30,342 nt of DNA from a virus (Duplodnaviria > Caudoviricetes). The DNA is taken from the IMG/VR virus record IMGVR_UViG_3300030330_004490, positions 1 to 30,342 of that record, one strand, 5' to 3'. The notes beneath the pieces were generated by a model, which saw nothing but the letters and a program-made list of their open reading frames with translations, was not told the origin of the DNA and ran no database searches. How positions within the stretch are numbered: position 1 is the first letter of the stretch; each line of letters starts with the position of its first letter. This document shows, in pieces, positions 1-8,844 of the stretch. Position numbers and translations under genes: made by a program.

Positions 1-896
1 GGACAATGGGCAATGGCGCGCGTCAATGGGCTTCTGTTTGCTCTTCGTAATGGAAGATACAAAAGAAAGCCCTACGACACGGACCTGCTCCCCGAAGCGC
101 ATCCGCTAAAGAATAGCGCAGATAAAAAAAAAGATCAGAAAATAACAAACTTTCCGCAAGCCGGAGATGACCAAGTCATTTCAATGCGCAATAGCAAGCA
201 TCCGACATTTGATCCTGAGTATGCGCAGGACCTGAAAGAGAACTGGCCGCAGATATGGAAGAGGGGCGGGAACATAGAAGGGGACAACCAATATAGAAGG
301 CTCCTGCCCGTTGTTACGCGCAAAGACAAGAAAGCGCAGACAGAGACGGAAGAGATGGCCATAAAGAAGCGCGAAGCATGGGCCGCACGTCACTCGGAGA
401 ACTTCAGGATTGCGGGCGTTGTGGCGCAGATAAAATGGTTTGTTATTGGCGAAAAGGGTCAGCCTTACATGAAGAAGCTCATTAACGATGAGAAGAAAAG
501 GTTAAGCAAACATCAGAAAGAGATCGACTATAGACAATGGACAGAATGGATCCAGATGTCGCACGGTCCCGCAGAGCGCAAACTTGAAAGAGTGGTATCT
601 GATTATCTTGAGGGTGCTCAGGCCAGATACAAAAAGCGCATCCGTGAATATGTTCGCTCGGAGAAGAGCGGGCCTGATTATATTGCAAAGGGTGTGATTT
701 CTTGGCCGGATCTCTTGGCTCTTGGCGAAGAGGTTGCACGATTGACCTCAGATCTTGGCCGCGACTGGCTAGGCGTTTGGACGATCTCCGGCAATCGTGA
801 GCTTGAAAATGTATATCGTAGAGCAAAAAAAGAGAGGCCTCTTGATCTGGTATTTGGAGAGAGGGCGATTGCTGAATCTGCTATCGATCTAAGTGC
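1..896 (+). repeat. Terminal direct repeat copy A (imperfect)
   Basis: Ungapped alignment to 29447-30342; about 56 substitutions by hand count (~94% identity), mostly synonymous. Confidence 0.97.
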
Positions 897-1308
897 GTTT
901 GAGATTGCAAGTACCACCGCAAAAGAGGTGCAAAAGCTTATCGAAAGAGGGCTCCTCTCTGGTCTTTCTGTGAGAGATATAGCCAAGAGTATCGACAAAG
1001 ATTCAAGGTTCGGAAGGAAGAGAGCGCAGATGATAGCCAGGACGGAAGCGACAAAAGCAATTAACCTGGCGACGAGTCAGAGCTACCAGACCGCAGCGAA
1101 TGAGGGTATCAAGATCCGAAAACAATGGCTTACCTCTGGCGATGACAAAGTGCGCGACACACACAGAGAGCTTAACCGGCAGATCGTTGGAGTTAATGAG
1201 GATTTCGTGATCCCTTCAACGGGTGAGGCGGCCCCTTCTCCGGCAGAGTTTAGCAATCCTGCCGAGTCGATAAACTGCCGATGTACAATCATACCGGTAA
1301 TTGATTAA
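1..1308 (+). CDS. C-terminal part of portal-gpF fusion: SPP1 gp7 / Mu gpF-like head morphogenesis domain
   Basis: Motifs RAQMIARTE, KQWLTSGDDKVRDTHRELN, ESINCRC are typical of gpF/gp7. The frame is continuous with the portal ORF starting at 27953 across the repeat, so ATG 13 is probably not a real start. Confidence 0.88.
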   Translation, partial: GQWAMARVNGLLFALRNGRYKRKPYDTDLLPEAHPLKNSADKKKDQKITNFPQAGDDQVISMRNSKHPTFDPEYAQDLKENWPQIWKRGGNIEGDNQYRRLLPVVTRKDKKAQTETEEMAIKKREAWAARHSENFRIAGVVAQIKWFVIGEKGQPYMKKLINDEKKRLSKHQKEIDYRQWTEWIQMSHGPAERKLERVVSDYLEGAQARYKKRIREYVRSEKSGPDYIAKGVISWPDLLALGEEVARLTSDLGRDWLGVWTISGNRELENVYRRAKKERPLDLVFGERAIAESAIDLSAFEIASTTAKEVQKLIERGLLSGLSVRDIAKSIDKDSRFGRKRAQMIARTEATKAINLATSQSYQTAANEGIKIRKQWLTSGDDKVRDTHRELNRQIVGVNEDFVIPSTGEAAPSPAEFSNPAESINCRCTIIPVID

Positions 1309-1338
1309 AAATATTTTGCTTCTTTGTGAAAATAGTTC

Positions 1339-1376
1339 TTGCCGTATGTTACTAAGTCGGGTATGTTAGTAACATA
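1339..1376 (+). promoter_or_regulatory. Sigma70-like promoter with overlapping 11-bp inverted repeat (operator)
   Basis: TTGCCG(1339)-17 nt-TATGTT(1362); TATGTTACTAA(1345-1355)/TTAGTAACATA(1366-1376). Confidence 0.65.
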
Positions 1377-1400
1377 ATAACAAAATAAAGGAGCACAACA

Positions 1401-1607
1401 ATGACGTACAAAAATAATCAGCACTATACACATAAAGAGTCAATAAAAGAAATTAATCATATTATTGAAAATGTGGCAAGATCTGGAGAGGTGTACATTT
1501 TCACAAATTTAGAGGGTAAAAACGGAGGATCGTTTACTATCACCATCAAAGAGTCAAAATATAGTGGATGGCAGATCCACAGTCAGGAAAATAAAGGAGC
1601 AAAATAA
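1401..1607 (+). CDS. Hypothetical protein, 68 aa (moron-like cassette)
   Basis: Strong RBS AAAGGAGCACA at 1387-1397, AT-rich, upstream promoter. Confidence 0.75.
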   Translation: MTYKNNQHYTHKESIKEINHIIENVARSGEVYIFTNLEGKNGGSFTITIKESKYSGWQIHSQENKGAK

Positions 1608-1720
1608 TGGGCACTCTCATCTTTATCGCCGTCAATGTAGTCAAGCCGGCACTTCTCACACTCACGATTACTGCAACACTCGCTGCCGCAATCATCATCA
1701 CAAAAGGAGCACAACCATGA
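1607..1720 (+). CDS. 37-aa hydrophobic peptide MGTLIFIAVNVVKPALLTLTITATLAAAIIITKGAQP (not in ORF track)
   Basis: TAATG stop/start overlap and AAAGGAGCA RBS at 1593-1601. Confidence 0.6.
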   Translation: MGTLIFIAVNVVKPALLTLTITATLAAAIIITKGAQP

Positions 1721-1752
1721 AAACCATTATCGTAATTACATATCAATCCTGA
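1717..1752 (+). pseudogene. 11-codon mini-ORF MKTIIVITYQS, possible truncated cassette gene
   Basis: Full AAAGGAGCACA RBS (1703-1713) and ATGA overlap, but stops after 11 codons where it meets the convergent unit. Confidence 0.4.
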
Positions 1753-1808
1753 ACGTAGACCAAAAACAAGAGAGCAATGATTAGGGTGGCCATAACAAGG
1801 TCAATCAT
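1743..1808 (-). CDS. 21-aa single-TM peptide MIDLVMATLIIALLFLVYVQD (not in ORF track)
   Basis: ATGA overlap with the stop of 1805..2215; uninterrupted hydrophobic core. Confidence 0.45.
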   Translation of the reverse strand: MIDLVMATLIIALLFLVYVQD

Positions 1809-2215
1809 TTTCGTTTAAAAAATAGATCCGTACAACTTTCAAGGGCTTCTTCTGTGAGGCCCTTGCATGCGTCTTGAATCTCTTTTGTATTGGCAATATT
1901 GGCGATCTCGCTGCAATCCTGCTGTGATGTTGCGGCGTCGATTCCTCTCTGTTGCATTCTGCAAAACATCTCACGACAGAGGAGAGAGTCTTTCTCTTTG
2001 ATGAACTCCTTTGAGCACGGCTCAACAAGGAGATCCAGATCGATGAGCTCCTTCTGTACTTCGGTTTGGCCCTTGGCGACCTCATCCCCGCCGACGGCGA
2101 TAACAACCGGATCGGGCTTTGGTTTTGGCCTCGTCGCCTGCTGGATGCCTACTGTGCCACCGATGCCGACGACCAGACCAACGACGGCCGCGATAATTAT
2201 ACTTGTCATACTCAC
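1805..2215 (-). CDS. Membrane-anchored Cys-rich protein (likely start 2209, MTSII)
   Basis: N-terminal TM IIIAAVVGLVVGIGGTVGI, Pro-rich linker, 6 Cys; RBS GAGGTG; TGtTATATT extended -10 upstream. Confidence 0.8.
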   Translation of the reverse strand: MSMTSIIIAAVVGLVVGIGGTVGIQQATRPKPKPDPVVIAVGGDEVAKGQTEVQKELIDLDLLVEPCSKEFIKEKDSLLCREMFCRMQQRGIDAATSQQDCSEIANIANTKEIQDACKGLTEEALESCTDLFFKRK

Positions 2216-2264
2216 CTCTTTTTAGGATAGAAGACAATATAACAAATAATTTATAATACTTCTG

Positions 2265-2309
2265 ATTCTTGCAATTCTTGCAATTCTTATATTGCTTGCA
2301 ATTGTTACA
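2265..2309. repeat. Five tandem 9-bp units (ATTCTTGCA consensus) in divergent promoter region
   Basis: ATTCTTGCA, ATTCTTGCA, ATTCTTATA, TTGCTTGCA, ATTGTTACA. Confidence 0.85.
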
Positions 2310-2342
2310 ATTTAGCTGTATATAGTATGAAGTGAGGTAGAT

Positions 2343-3251
2343 ATGGAGATTCGTAGTCTTGACGCTGAGATCGTCACCCGTGCGGCCAAAAAGGGAGAGC
2401 GTGAGATCGTCTCTTTCGTCGCCAGCACCGCAAGCCCCGATCGATATGGAGACGTCATAAATCAACGAGGATGGTCGCTTGCAAAATTTCAAAGAAATCC
2501 CGTGATTTTGTTGAACCACAACGCAAATCAGCTCCCCATCGGACGCGGTGATGTTGAGATCGTGGACGGCAAATTGATGGTTGATGTTGAGTTCGATATG
2601 GGCGATCCAGTTGCCGCAGAAGTTGCCCGCAAAACCAAAGCCGGATTTATGTCGGCGGTATCCGTGGGGTTCAATGCAATAGAGAGCACACCCCGATCCT
2701 CACTGAGCAAAGACAATCCATATTATGCAAAGAGCGGATACTTCTTTGATAAAGCCGAACTTCTGGAGATTTCGATCGTGACCATTCCCGCAAACGGCGA
2801 GGCTGTTGCGGCTAAGTCTTTAGATTTTAATCTTGAATTAATTATTAAAGACAAAGTGAAATCTTATATTAGCACCATAATTGCAGACTATACAAAACAA
2901 GAAATCACGCGACAATTTATTGATGTTGATGCTCCTGAGGGGCATCACTGGATGGATTATAAGGACGGGCCGGTTTTGATGGCAGGAGACGACATCGATC
3001 ACGATGGCGCCTCGTCATCGTTTAGGTTTGAGCTTATAGAAGAGCATGATCCTAGTCGATTAAAAAATCAAGAAGATAAAGAAGAGATCGAAGAGATGCA
3101 AGAGCAGATCGACGAAGAGATCGAAATGGAAGCCGAAGAACAAGAGACTTACGGATACGACGACGAGGACAGCGACGAGGATAAGGAAAAGAACTTTTTA
3201 ACCAACCAAGAGCGCGATCTTTTTGCGCTCATTACTACTAACGGAGAATAA
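2343..3251 (+). CDS. HK97-family prohead protease with acidic C-terminal extension
   Basis: DRYGDVI, NPVILLNH, SAVSVGF, ELLEISIVTIPAN motifs; directly upstream of capsid gene. Confidence 0.93.
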   Translation: MEIRSLDAEIVTRAAKKGEREIVSFVASTASPDRYGDVINQRGWSLAKFQRNPVILLNHNANQLPIGRGDVEIVDGKLMVDVEFDMGDPVAAEVARKTKAGFMSAVSVGFNAIESTPRSSLSKDNPYYAKSGYFFDKAELLEISIVTIPANGEAVAAKSLDFNLELIIKDKVKSYISTIIADYTKQEITRQFIDVDAPEGHHWMDYKDGPVLMAGDDIDHDGASSSFRFELIEEHDPSRLKNQEDKEEIEEMQEQIDEEIEMEAEEQETYGYDDEDSDEDKEKNFLTNQERDLFALITTNGE

Positions 3252-3256
3252 TAGCG

Positions 3257-4750
3257 ATGAGTGATACTAATGACCGCGCTATGGTAGAAGAGGCCAAGGG
3301 TATCCTTGAAGGCATCCGAAACCATCAAAAAACATCGGCTGAGAAACTAACTCAGTTTGAAAAACAAGTAGACGACCTGAAGAAAGCGCAACGCTTGATC
3401 CAAGAGTCACAAACCCATATCCGAGACATGGAGCATCTTGACCAAGGTGATCGCGCTCTTCAGCAGTTCGTTGAGACTGATGGCGTGCGTTGGACCTCTA
3501 AAAGTGTTGATGTTGCGGTAACCGGACGCGGCACAATCAAGACCGAAGTTGAGGGACTTCTGGATAGCAAAGAGCCCGTTAATCAATGGCATGCCGACCT
3601 GATCAAAATGAATCGTGATCGTGCCTTCACTCGTTTGTTGATGGGAAGCCCTCACACGCCAAAGAGCGATCTCAAAGTTTGGAAGCATTTGCAAAAAGCT
3701 CCTCGCTTTATGAAGCCCGCTATAAACAAGGCTTTCACAGATTCCGCCGGAGTCGGTGGCGACTGGATTCCTGATCAATTTGCTGCGGATCTCTATTACA
3801 ATCTTGAGGATCAAATTCAACTTCCTCGAGTTGTAGCCGATAATCTTGAGCGTCAATTTGTAGATCGACAAACCATCTTAGTCCCTCGGCTTGATCGCGG
3901 CGGGCGTCCTTATATTAAAGGAAGAGTCGTCAGTGACAATCCGGCTCAGTTTCAAGCGAGCACTCCCGCAACAAGCACAAAAACCATCTCAATGGCGGGC
4001 CTTGCTTGTCGCTATGTTATTGATGATCAGGCCGCAGAAGATTCGGCGGTATTGGCAATCCCTCAACTTCAAAAGCAGATCGTAATGGATTTGAACGACG
4101 CGATGGAGGATGCGATCATTAATGGTGATACAGCAGCCACGCATCAGGATGATATCGCGAACTGGGATATCCGCGGACGATGGGGATCTGGATCTCCCGC
4201 TCTCGGTGGGTCAAGCGATCATCGTCGCGCCTTTATTGGTCTACGTGCCGCAGCATTCGATCGCTCTTGTACAAGTGACGCAAACAGTCCAAGTCCCTAC
4301 GCATTTAGCGACTTTCTGACCGCGCAATCTCAACTTGGGGAGATTGGCCTTATGGGTTTGATGGCTATCGTTTCGCCTGAAATGATGGTTGCAAATCTTC
4401 TCTCAATGTCAGAAGTAAAAACCCTTGACGTGTTCGGGCCTTCCGCGACAATATTGACCGGACAACTTGCCAGCATCGCCGGCGTGCCAATCGTTATGAG
4501 TCGGTTTATGGGTGCGGATCTTAATGCTTCGGGCCTATATGATAACGTTACAAAAACCAAAACAGGTATGCTCCTTGTTCATCGCCAGTCTTGGCGAATC
4601 TTTGAGCGTCGCGGCATCCTTGTAGAATCACAACGCAAGATCGATGTCGGTGCGACTGAGCTGGTTTGTACCAGAAGAGCCACTCTTGATACCCTTGATT
4701 TGGATACGACAAAGAACGTCTGCTTCCAATTTGATCTTGACATCGCATAA
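3257..4750 (+). CDS. Major capsid protein, HK97 fold, with N-terminal delta/scaffold domain
   Basis: Coiled-coil N-terminus, KAFT...GGDWIPDQF cleavage-region motif, EDAIINGD, IAGVPIV; position. Confidence 0.9.
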   Translation: MSDTNDRAMVEEAKGILEGIRNHQKTSAEKLTQFEKQVDDLKKAQRLIQESQTHIRDMEHLDQGDRALQQFVETDGVRWTSKSVDVAVTGRGTIKTEVEGLLDSKEPVNQWHADLIKMNRDRAFTRLLMGSPHTPKSDLKVWKHLQKAPRFMKPAINKAFTDSAGVGGDWIPDQFAADLYYNLEDQIQLPRVVADNLERQFVDRQTILVPRLDRGGRPYIKGRVVSDNPAQFQASTPATSTKTISMAGLACRYVIDDQAAEDSAVLAIPQLQKQIVMDLNDAMEDAIINGDTAATHQDDIANWDIRGRWGSGSPALGGSSDHRRAFIGLRAAAFDRSCTSDANSPSPYAFSDFLTAQSQLGEIGLMGLMAIVSPEMMVANLLSMSEVKTLDVFGPSATILTGQLASIAGVPIVMSRFMGADLNASGLYDNVTKTKTGMLLVHRQSWRIFERRGILVESQRKIDVGATELVCTRRATLDTLDLDTTKNVCFQFDLDIA

Positions 4751-4765
4751 TCGGAGATTTTAAAA

Positions 4766-5128
4766 ATGGATTATAGATTACACATACCCGCAGTCAAAAG
4801 CTCGGCTTTAACAGCTACAACCGTCCTCGCGTCTATACCTTGCGATCGCTTGGCGAGACTGAAAAAAGTTATAATTTCATCACGTGGCGGGATTACCCAT
4901 GACGGAACAAATTATAGCCAAATCGCCGTAAAGAACGGATCAACCACTTTAGCGGTTCGTTTGTTCAATGCGCAATCGCTCGCGGCATTGACGCCGGAAG
5001 AGTTGCCCGTTTCAAACGGTGATGTTTCATCAAGCACATGCCTCAAAGTCGAATATGATTTTTCAGCAAGCGGTCTTGCTGTAGATTGCGATTTGATTTT
5101 AGTATTTGAGTTAGCTCGAGAGTATTAA
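4766..5128 (+). CDS. Putative capsid decoration / small virion protein
   Basis: 120-aa beta-rich ORF immediately after MCP, with RBS GGAG; function from position only. Confidence 0.55.
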   Translation: MDYRLHIPAVKSSALTATTVLASIPCDRLARLKKVIISSRGGITHDGTNYSQIAVKNGSTTLAVRLFNAQSLAALTPEELPVSNGDVSSSTCLKVEYDFSASGLAVDCDLILVFELAREY

Positions 5129-5130
5129 TT

Positions 5131-5739
5131 ATGGCAATGGTATCCGCGGCAACATTGAAGACATATCTACCAGAAATCACCGGCTCTTTGGCCGATAGTG
5201 ATTTGAGTGATCTTCTTGAGCGTGTTGAGTGTGCTACGGCTCGTTATTTCGGATGGGTAAAACCAGACGGAGCAAACGATCCGCAGCTCCTCGCGGCGAC
5301 CTATACTTTTTATCTTAACGGGCCGACGTTCGGGAATCCCTCTGTTTTACAGATCCCGATCCGGCCCGTTAATTCTATCACCTCAATCCACAGCGATCCC
5401 AATCGGCAATATACCGACGACACACAGGTATCGAGTGATGATTTTGATCTTGATTCACTTTTGGGTCAGGCGATTTTAGATCCAGTAAATGCGACCGATT
5501 CTTTTGAGTACGCATTTCGAGCGATCAAAGTTGTTGCAAACTGTGGTTATACAACATTGCCCGCAGATCTGGAGCATGCGATCTGTGTTTGGGCTAGTCA
5601 GCTCCACCGAAACAAAGCGACGCAAGGAAAGGAATCAATTACACAACGGGCCGCGACCGTGAGCATCTCACCGAAAAGCATGCCGCCCGAAGTCAAGGAG
5701 TATCTCGCTCCATTTCGCGAATCTCGTCAAATACTGTGA
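5131..5739 (+). CDS. Head-tail connector (adaptor)
   Basis: LKTYL...D..LSDLL, LQIPIRPVNSITSI, GY..LPADLEHA, MPPEVKEYLAPFR pattern of gp6/gp8-like adaptors. Confidence 0.8.
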   Translation: MAMVSAATLKTYLPEITGSLADSDLSDLLERVECATARYFGWVKPDGANDPQLLAATYTFYLNGPTFGNPSVLQIPIRPVNSITSIHSDPNRQYTDDTQVSSDDFDLDSLLGQAILDPVNATDSFEYAFRAIKVVANCGYTTLPADLEHAICVWASQLHRNKATQGKESITQRAATVSISPKSMPPEVKEYLAPFRESRQIL

Positions 5740-5743
5740 GTCT

Positions 5744-6139
5744 GTGATGGGTAAACAGTTAACATTTGATGATTTTATGAACCGAATGGACAAAGCGGAC
5801 AAGAAGCTCTTGAAGAATCTAAGAAAAAGACTCATGGTTATCGCTCTCAAAAGCGAGAGAGAGGCCAAGATAAACGCCACCGATTTTCCGCAAGTTAGAA
5901 CCGGACGCCTTCGCTCTTCTATTACCGCGATTGTAGACGCAGAGGGCGGCAGGATGCGCGCTCTGCTTCGCGCTGGGGGCAACAGCGGCGGGGATCCGGT
6001 AAACTATGCGAGATACGTCGAATTCGGGACTCGCAAGATGTCGCCTCGGCTGTTTATGGGTAGGGCAGTCGATACAGTTTCAAAGACGATCCCCAAAGAT
6101 TTAAGAGAGGTGCTCTCTATGTCTCTTGAGGCGTCATAA
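5744..6139 (+). CDS. HK97 gp10-like neck/tail component
   Basis: VRTGRLRSSI and YARYVEFGTRKMSPRLFM motifs. Confidence 0.88.
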   Translation: MMGKQLTFDDFMNRMDKADKKLLKNLRKRLMVIALKSEREAKINATDFPQVRTGRLRSSITAIVDAEGGRMRALLRAGGNSGGDPVNYARYVEFGTRKMSPRLFMGRAVDTVSKTIPKDLREVLSMSLEAS

Positions 6140-6591
6140 TGGCAGACTCAAAAATAAGACAGATCGCGAACGCAATCAAAACAAAGATACAGCTGTCAGA
6201 GGGCGGGGCGTACTCTAGTCAAACCCTTGCAAATGCCATCGTTATCGGTGCGGTTATAGAGCCGCCTTTTGTTCCCTATGCGAGTATCGTGTTTGCGCAA
6301 TCCTCCTCTGATTTTGGTCAAACGCTGGGACGGTATCGAATCACCGCAACATTTGAAATATATCTTTTTATTGGCGGCACTTCTGTATCAGATAGGACGC
6401 TTAACGCGATGGATCTTGCGGCCGATGTTATTGACGCATTGACCGCAGATCGTCAACTAGGCATCCCCTCTGTTGTTGATGACATAAAATGTGCGTTTAC
6501 CGCAGAAGATGGCGATCGATATGGGATTGAGGGAATCGGGATCGGTTATGTTCAAATAGAGGTATACTATCAAACGGATACAGGATCATGA
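6139..6591 (+). CDS. Putative tail terminator/completion protein
   Basis: 150 aa, TAATG-coupled, follows gp10-like gene; IRQIANAIK...P.ASIV pattern. Confidence 0.65.
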   Translation: MADSKIRQIANAIKTKIQLSEGGAYSSQTLANAIVIGAVIEPPFVPYASIVFAQSSSDFGQTLGRYRITATFEIYLFIGGTSVSDRTLNAMDLAADVIDALTADRQLGIPSVVDDIKCAFTAEDGDRYGIEGIGIGYVQIEVYYQTDTGS

Positions 6592-7343
6592 CTTGGTACG
6601 ATAGCGATTTTAAACAACGACAGCCGATTGCTTTGGATGCCCTCACCGGCGATGGTAGTGTGCAGACAAAAGAGCTGCAATTTACCGTTCCGTCCGAGTG
6701 GGATCTGTTCTGGAATAACATACGATCCGACATGTTCGATGTTGTGCCGGTCGATGTGAATGGGGATCTTTTGCCATTCAAAAGATCGTCAGAGAACTTC
6801 TCAACGAGAACCTTGACCATTCAAGTACAAGCGCATGATTGCAAAACGCAAGCAATCAATTTTATATATTTGTATTTTCAAAACGCAAGCGCATCAAACC
6901 TTGCTACGAGCTTTAGCGTAACAAGCCCGATCACGGGATACATTGACCTGTCACGCGCGGGCGGTTTTGTAGTGAAGAACGGACTAAATCAGCCCGCAAC
7001 GCAGATGCCAATTAAGTCGTTTATGAAGAGCACCGATGATGTGATCGATGTTTACTTTTCTACGGCGGGACTCTTTCGCAAAATGGCATCTCCGTACAAT
7101 AGTCGCCTCGGATATGAGGGCATCTCTTATGTTTCCGTTCAGAGCCTAGACAATACCGGAACGGACAGCAGCGCGAGATATGACGAGGATAAAACAAGAT
7201 TCATAAACGGATATGTAAAAGCACGCACGAAAGCAGGATCTGATGGTACTGACTATGCTTTTATGGTGACCGTAGCAACATCAATCGGACAGGTAATTGA
7301 CATTAGATGTCTCATACAGGTCCGCAACCAATTACCAGAATAA
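6588..7343 (+). CDS. Virion structural protein (N-terminus resembles DUF2341-type domains)
   Basis: MTWYDSDFKQRQPI...FWNNIRSDMFDV..D.NGDLL pattern recalled from DUF2341 proteins; located in tail operon. Confidence 0.55.
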   Translation: MTWYDSDFKQRQPIALDALTGDGSVQTKELQFTVPSEWDLFWNNIRSDMFDVVPVDVNGDLLPFKRSSENFSTRTLTIQVQAHDCKTQAINFIYLYFQNASASNLATSFSVTSPITGYIDLSRAGGFVVKNGLNQPATQMPIKSFMKSTDDVIDVYFSTAGLFRKMASPYNSRLGYEGISYVSVQSLDNTGTDSSARYDEDKTRFINGYVKARTKAGSDGTDYAFMVTVATSIGQVIDIRCLIQVRNQLPE

Positions 7344-7358
7344 TAACGGAGAAAAACA

Positions 7359-8306
7359 ATGCCTTTAGTGTTTGGACGATCTGCTTTTATAGCACTTAAT
7401 GAAGAAAGCACCTACGGAACCGCAAACGGATCGCCCTTCGGTGTCAATAACAGAGTTTTCTCTGTATCAATGGCAAGAAGTCAAGAGCGGGAGCGAACAA
7501 CGCACCTTTCTCAGTCTGCGGCGGCGTTTGCGGTCAATACTTTTGACGGATTTGAGATTGCGGGCGGGAGCATTGAGACCCCTCTAACATACAAGGGTCT
7601 CGGAATGCTGATCAAGGCGTCTCTCGGCTCTGCGGCTAGTACAGGATCAGGGCCATATACGCACACATATACCGCATCCGCGACGCTTCCGAGTCTAACC
7701 ATAGCCGTACAGCGCGGAACCGGACAGAGCGAGCAATTTGAAGGCTGTATGGTGTCGAATATGACCATCTCATGCGAGGCCGGAGAAGAAGCGCGGGCAA
7801 GTTTTGAAATCATTGCAGAAACCGCAACGGCCAGAGCGGCAAGCATTGCGCCGGCGGGATTCGGAAACGGAGCGCAGGTGTTCCATTTTCAAAGCACAGC
7901 GGCGGGTCTTTCTTATTCTGGAAGCAATTTCAAAATGCGATCTTTTGAACTGTCCTTAGATAACAAATTGGAGCGCGTTAATTATCTCGGATCAAAGGTA
8001 ACCTCGCAGCCGCAAATCTCCGACGTGAGAGAAGTCACCCTGACCGCCACATTTGATTTGGAGAATGATGTTCTTTACAATGCGCAACTTAACGGTACAG
8101 TAGGTGATGTTGTTGTAACGTTTACCGGCGGTGCTGACAGTTTTAAAATCACGGTAAAAGACGCACAGATCACAAGTTACGACGATGCGGTTAATTCTTT
8201 TGGAAGAATCGAACGTACAGCGACATTCTTTGGACTGTCCGATAGTACAGCCGAGGCCATAGAGATTGAGATCATAAACGACGCAAGTAGCGCAGTTTCA
8301 AACTAA
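7359..8306 (+). CDS. Major tail tube protein
   Basis: EESTYGT N-terminal motif, YTHTYT, LPSLTI, FEGCMVS, FELSLDN; precedes chaperones. Confidence 0.85.
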   Translation: MPLVFGRSAFIALNEESTYGTANGSPFGVNNRVFSVSMARSQERERTTHLSQSAAAFAVNTFDGFEIAGGSIETPLTYKGLGMLIKASLGSAASTGSGPYTHTYTASATLPSLTIAVQRGTGQSEQFEGCMVSNMTISCEAGEEARASFEIIAETATARAASIAPAGFGNGAQVFHFQSTAAGLSYSGSNFKMRSFELSLDNKLERVNYLGSKVTSQPQISDVREVTLTATFDLENDVLYNAQLNGTVGDVVVTFTGGADSFKITVKDAQITSYDDAVNSFGRIERTATFFGLSDSTAEAIEIEIINDASSAVSN

Positions 8307-8331
8307 CCAACAACATAGAGAGAGGTGAGCG

Positions 8332-8844
8332 ATGGGTGGAGACATCCTCAAGGAGATCGCAGAAGCCGCAAAATTTACCATGCAAATTTTTGACGGTGCA
8401 TTAACAATTGAGGGGCGCATTTTGTCCCCATCCGAAGTAGAGGCCGCAGGTCTTGCGAGTGCGCTTTTGGCGTCCCAAGTAATCAAGGGAAGGAGTCAAG
8501 AGCAACTTGAGCAGCTTAAAGAGATGAGCGAGAAGGCGCAGGATGGAGAGACGGATCAGCTCGAGGCGATTCTTGAGATGGCCAACACAATCCGGCCGCA
8601 AATGCTCGAGGAGATGGCAGAGAAGGAAGACCGCCTGATCATAAAGTGTATCAAAAGATGCAGCAAGGACGGCGCAAAATGGGAGCATCTCTTTTTAGTA
8701 GACACTATTGAGAAGCAAGACGCCCGTCAAAATCGTCTATGGATCGGGATGCTCTGGCCGGAAGACCGCAAAAAGATTCTTGATCGTGCCATGAAGGGGC
8801 ACAAGGAGGCAGCCGATCGGCTAAAATCCTTTCGTGGGAGATGA
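8332..8844 (+). CDS. Tail assembly chaperone (gpG-like)
   Basis: Between tail tube and tape measure; helical and acidic; RBS GAGGTGAG. Confidence 0.75.
   Translation: MGGDILKEIAEAAKFTMQIFDGALTIEGRILSPSEVEAAGLASALLASQVIKGRSQEQLEQLKEMSEKAQDGETDQLEAILEMANTIRPQMLEEMAEKEDRLIIKCIKRCSKDGAKWEHLFLVDTIEKQDARQNRLWIGMLWPEDRKKILDRAMKGHKEAADRLKSFRGR

Noticed and set aside
825-832. Third A-run (A7G) in the portal-gpF fusion
   Set aside because: Shorter, inside a domain, no supporting context
1-896. Diversity-generating retroelement TR/VR pair
   Set aside because: Differences are not adenine-specific, are mostly synonymous third positions, and no reverse transcriptase is encoded
2082-2519. Minus-strand ORF with NCNNCK/NCKNCK Cys repeats
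   Set aside because: Translation artefact of the 9-bp tandem array; overlaps two better-supported genes
4842-4849. HIP1 octamer GCGATCGC as a cyanobacterial host signal
   Set aside because: Only a couple of copies noticed, explainable by general GATC richness; host cannot be assigned from this
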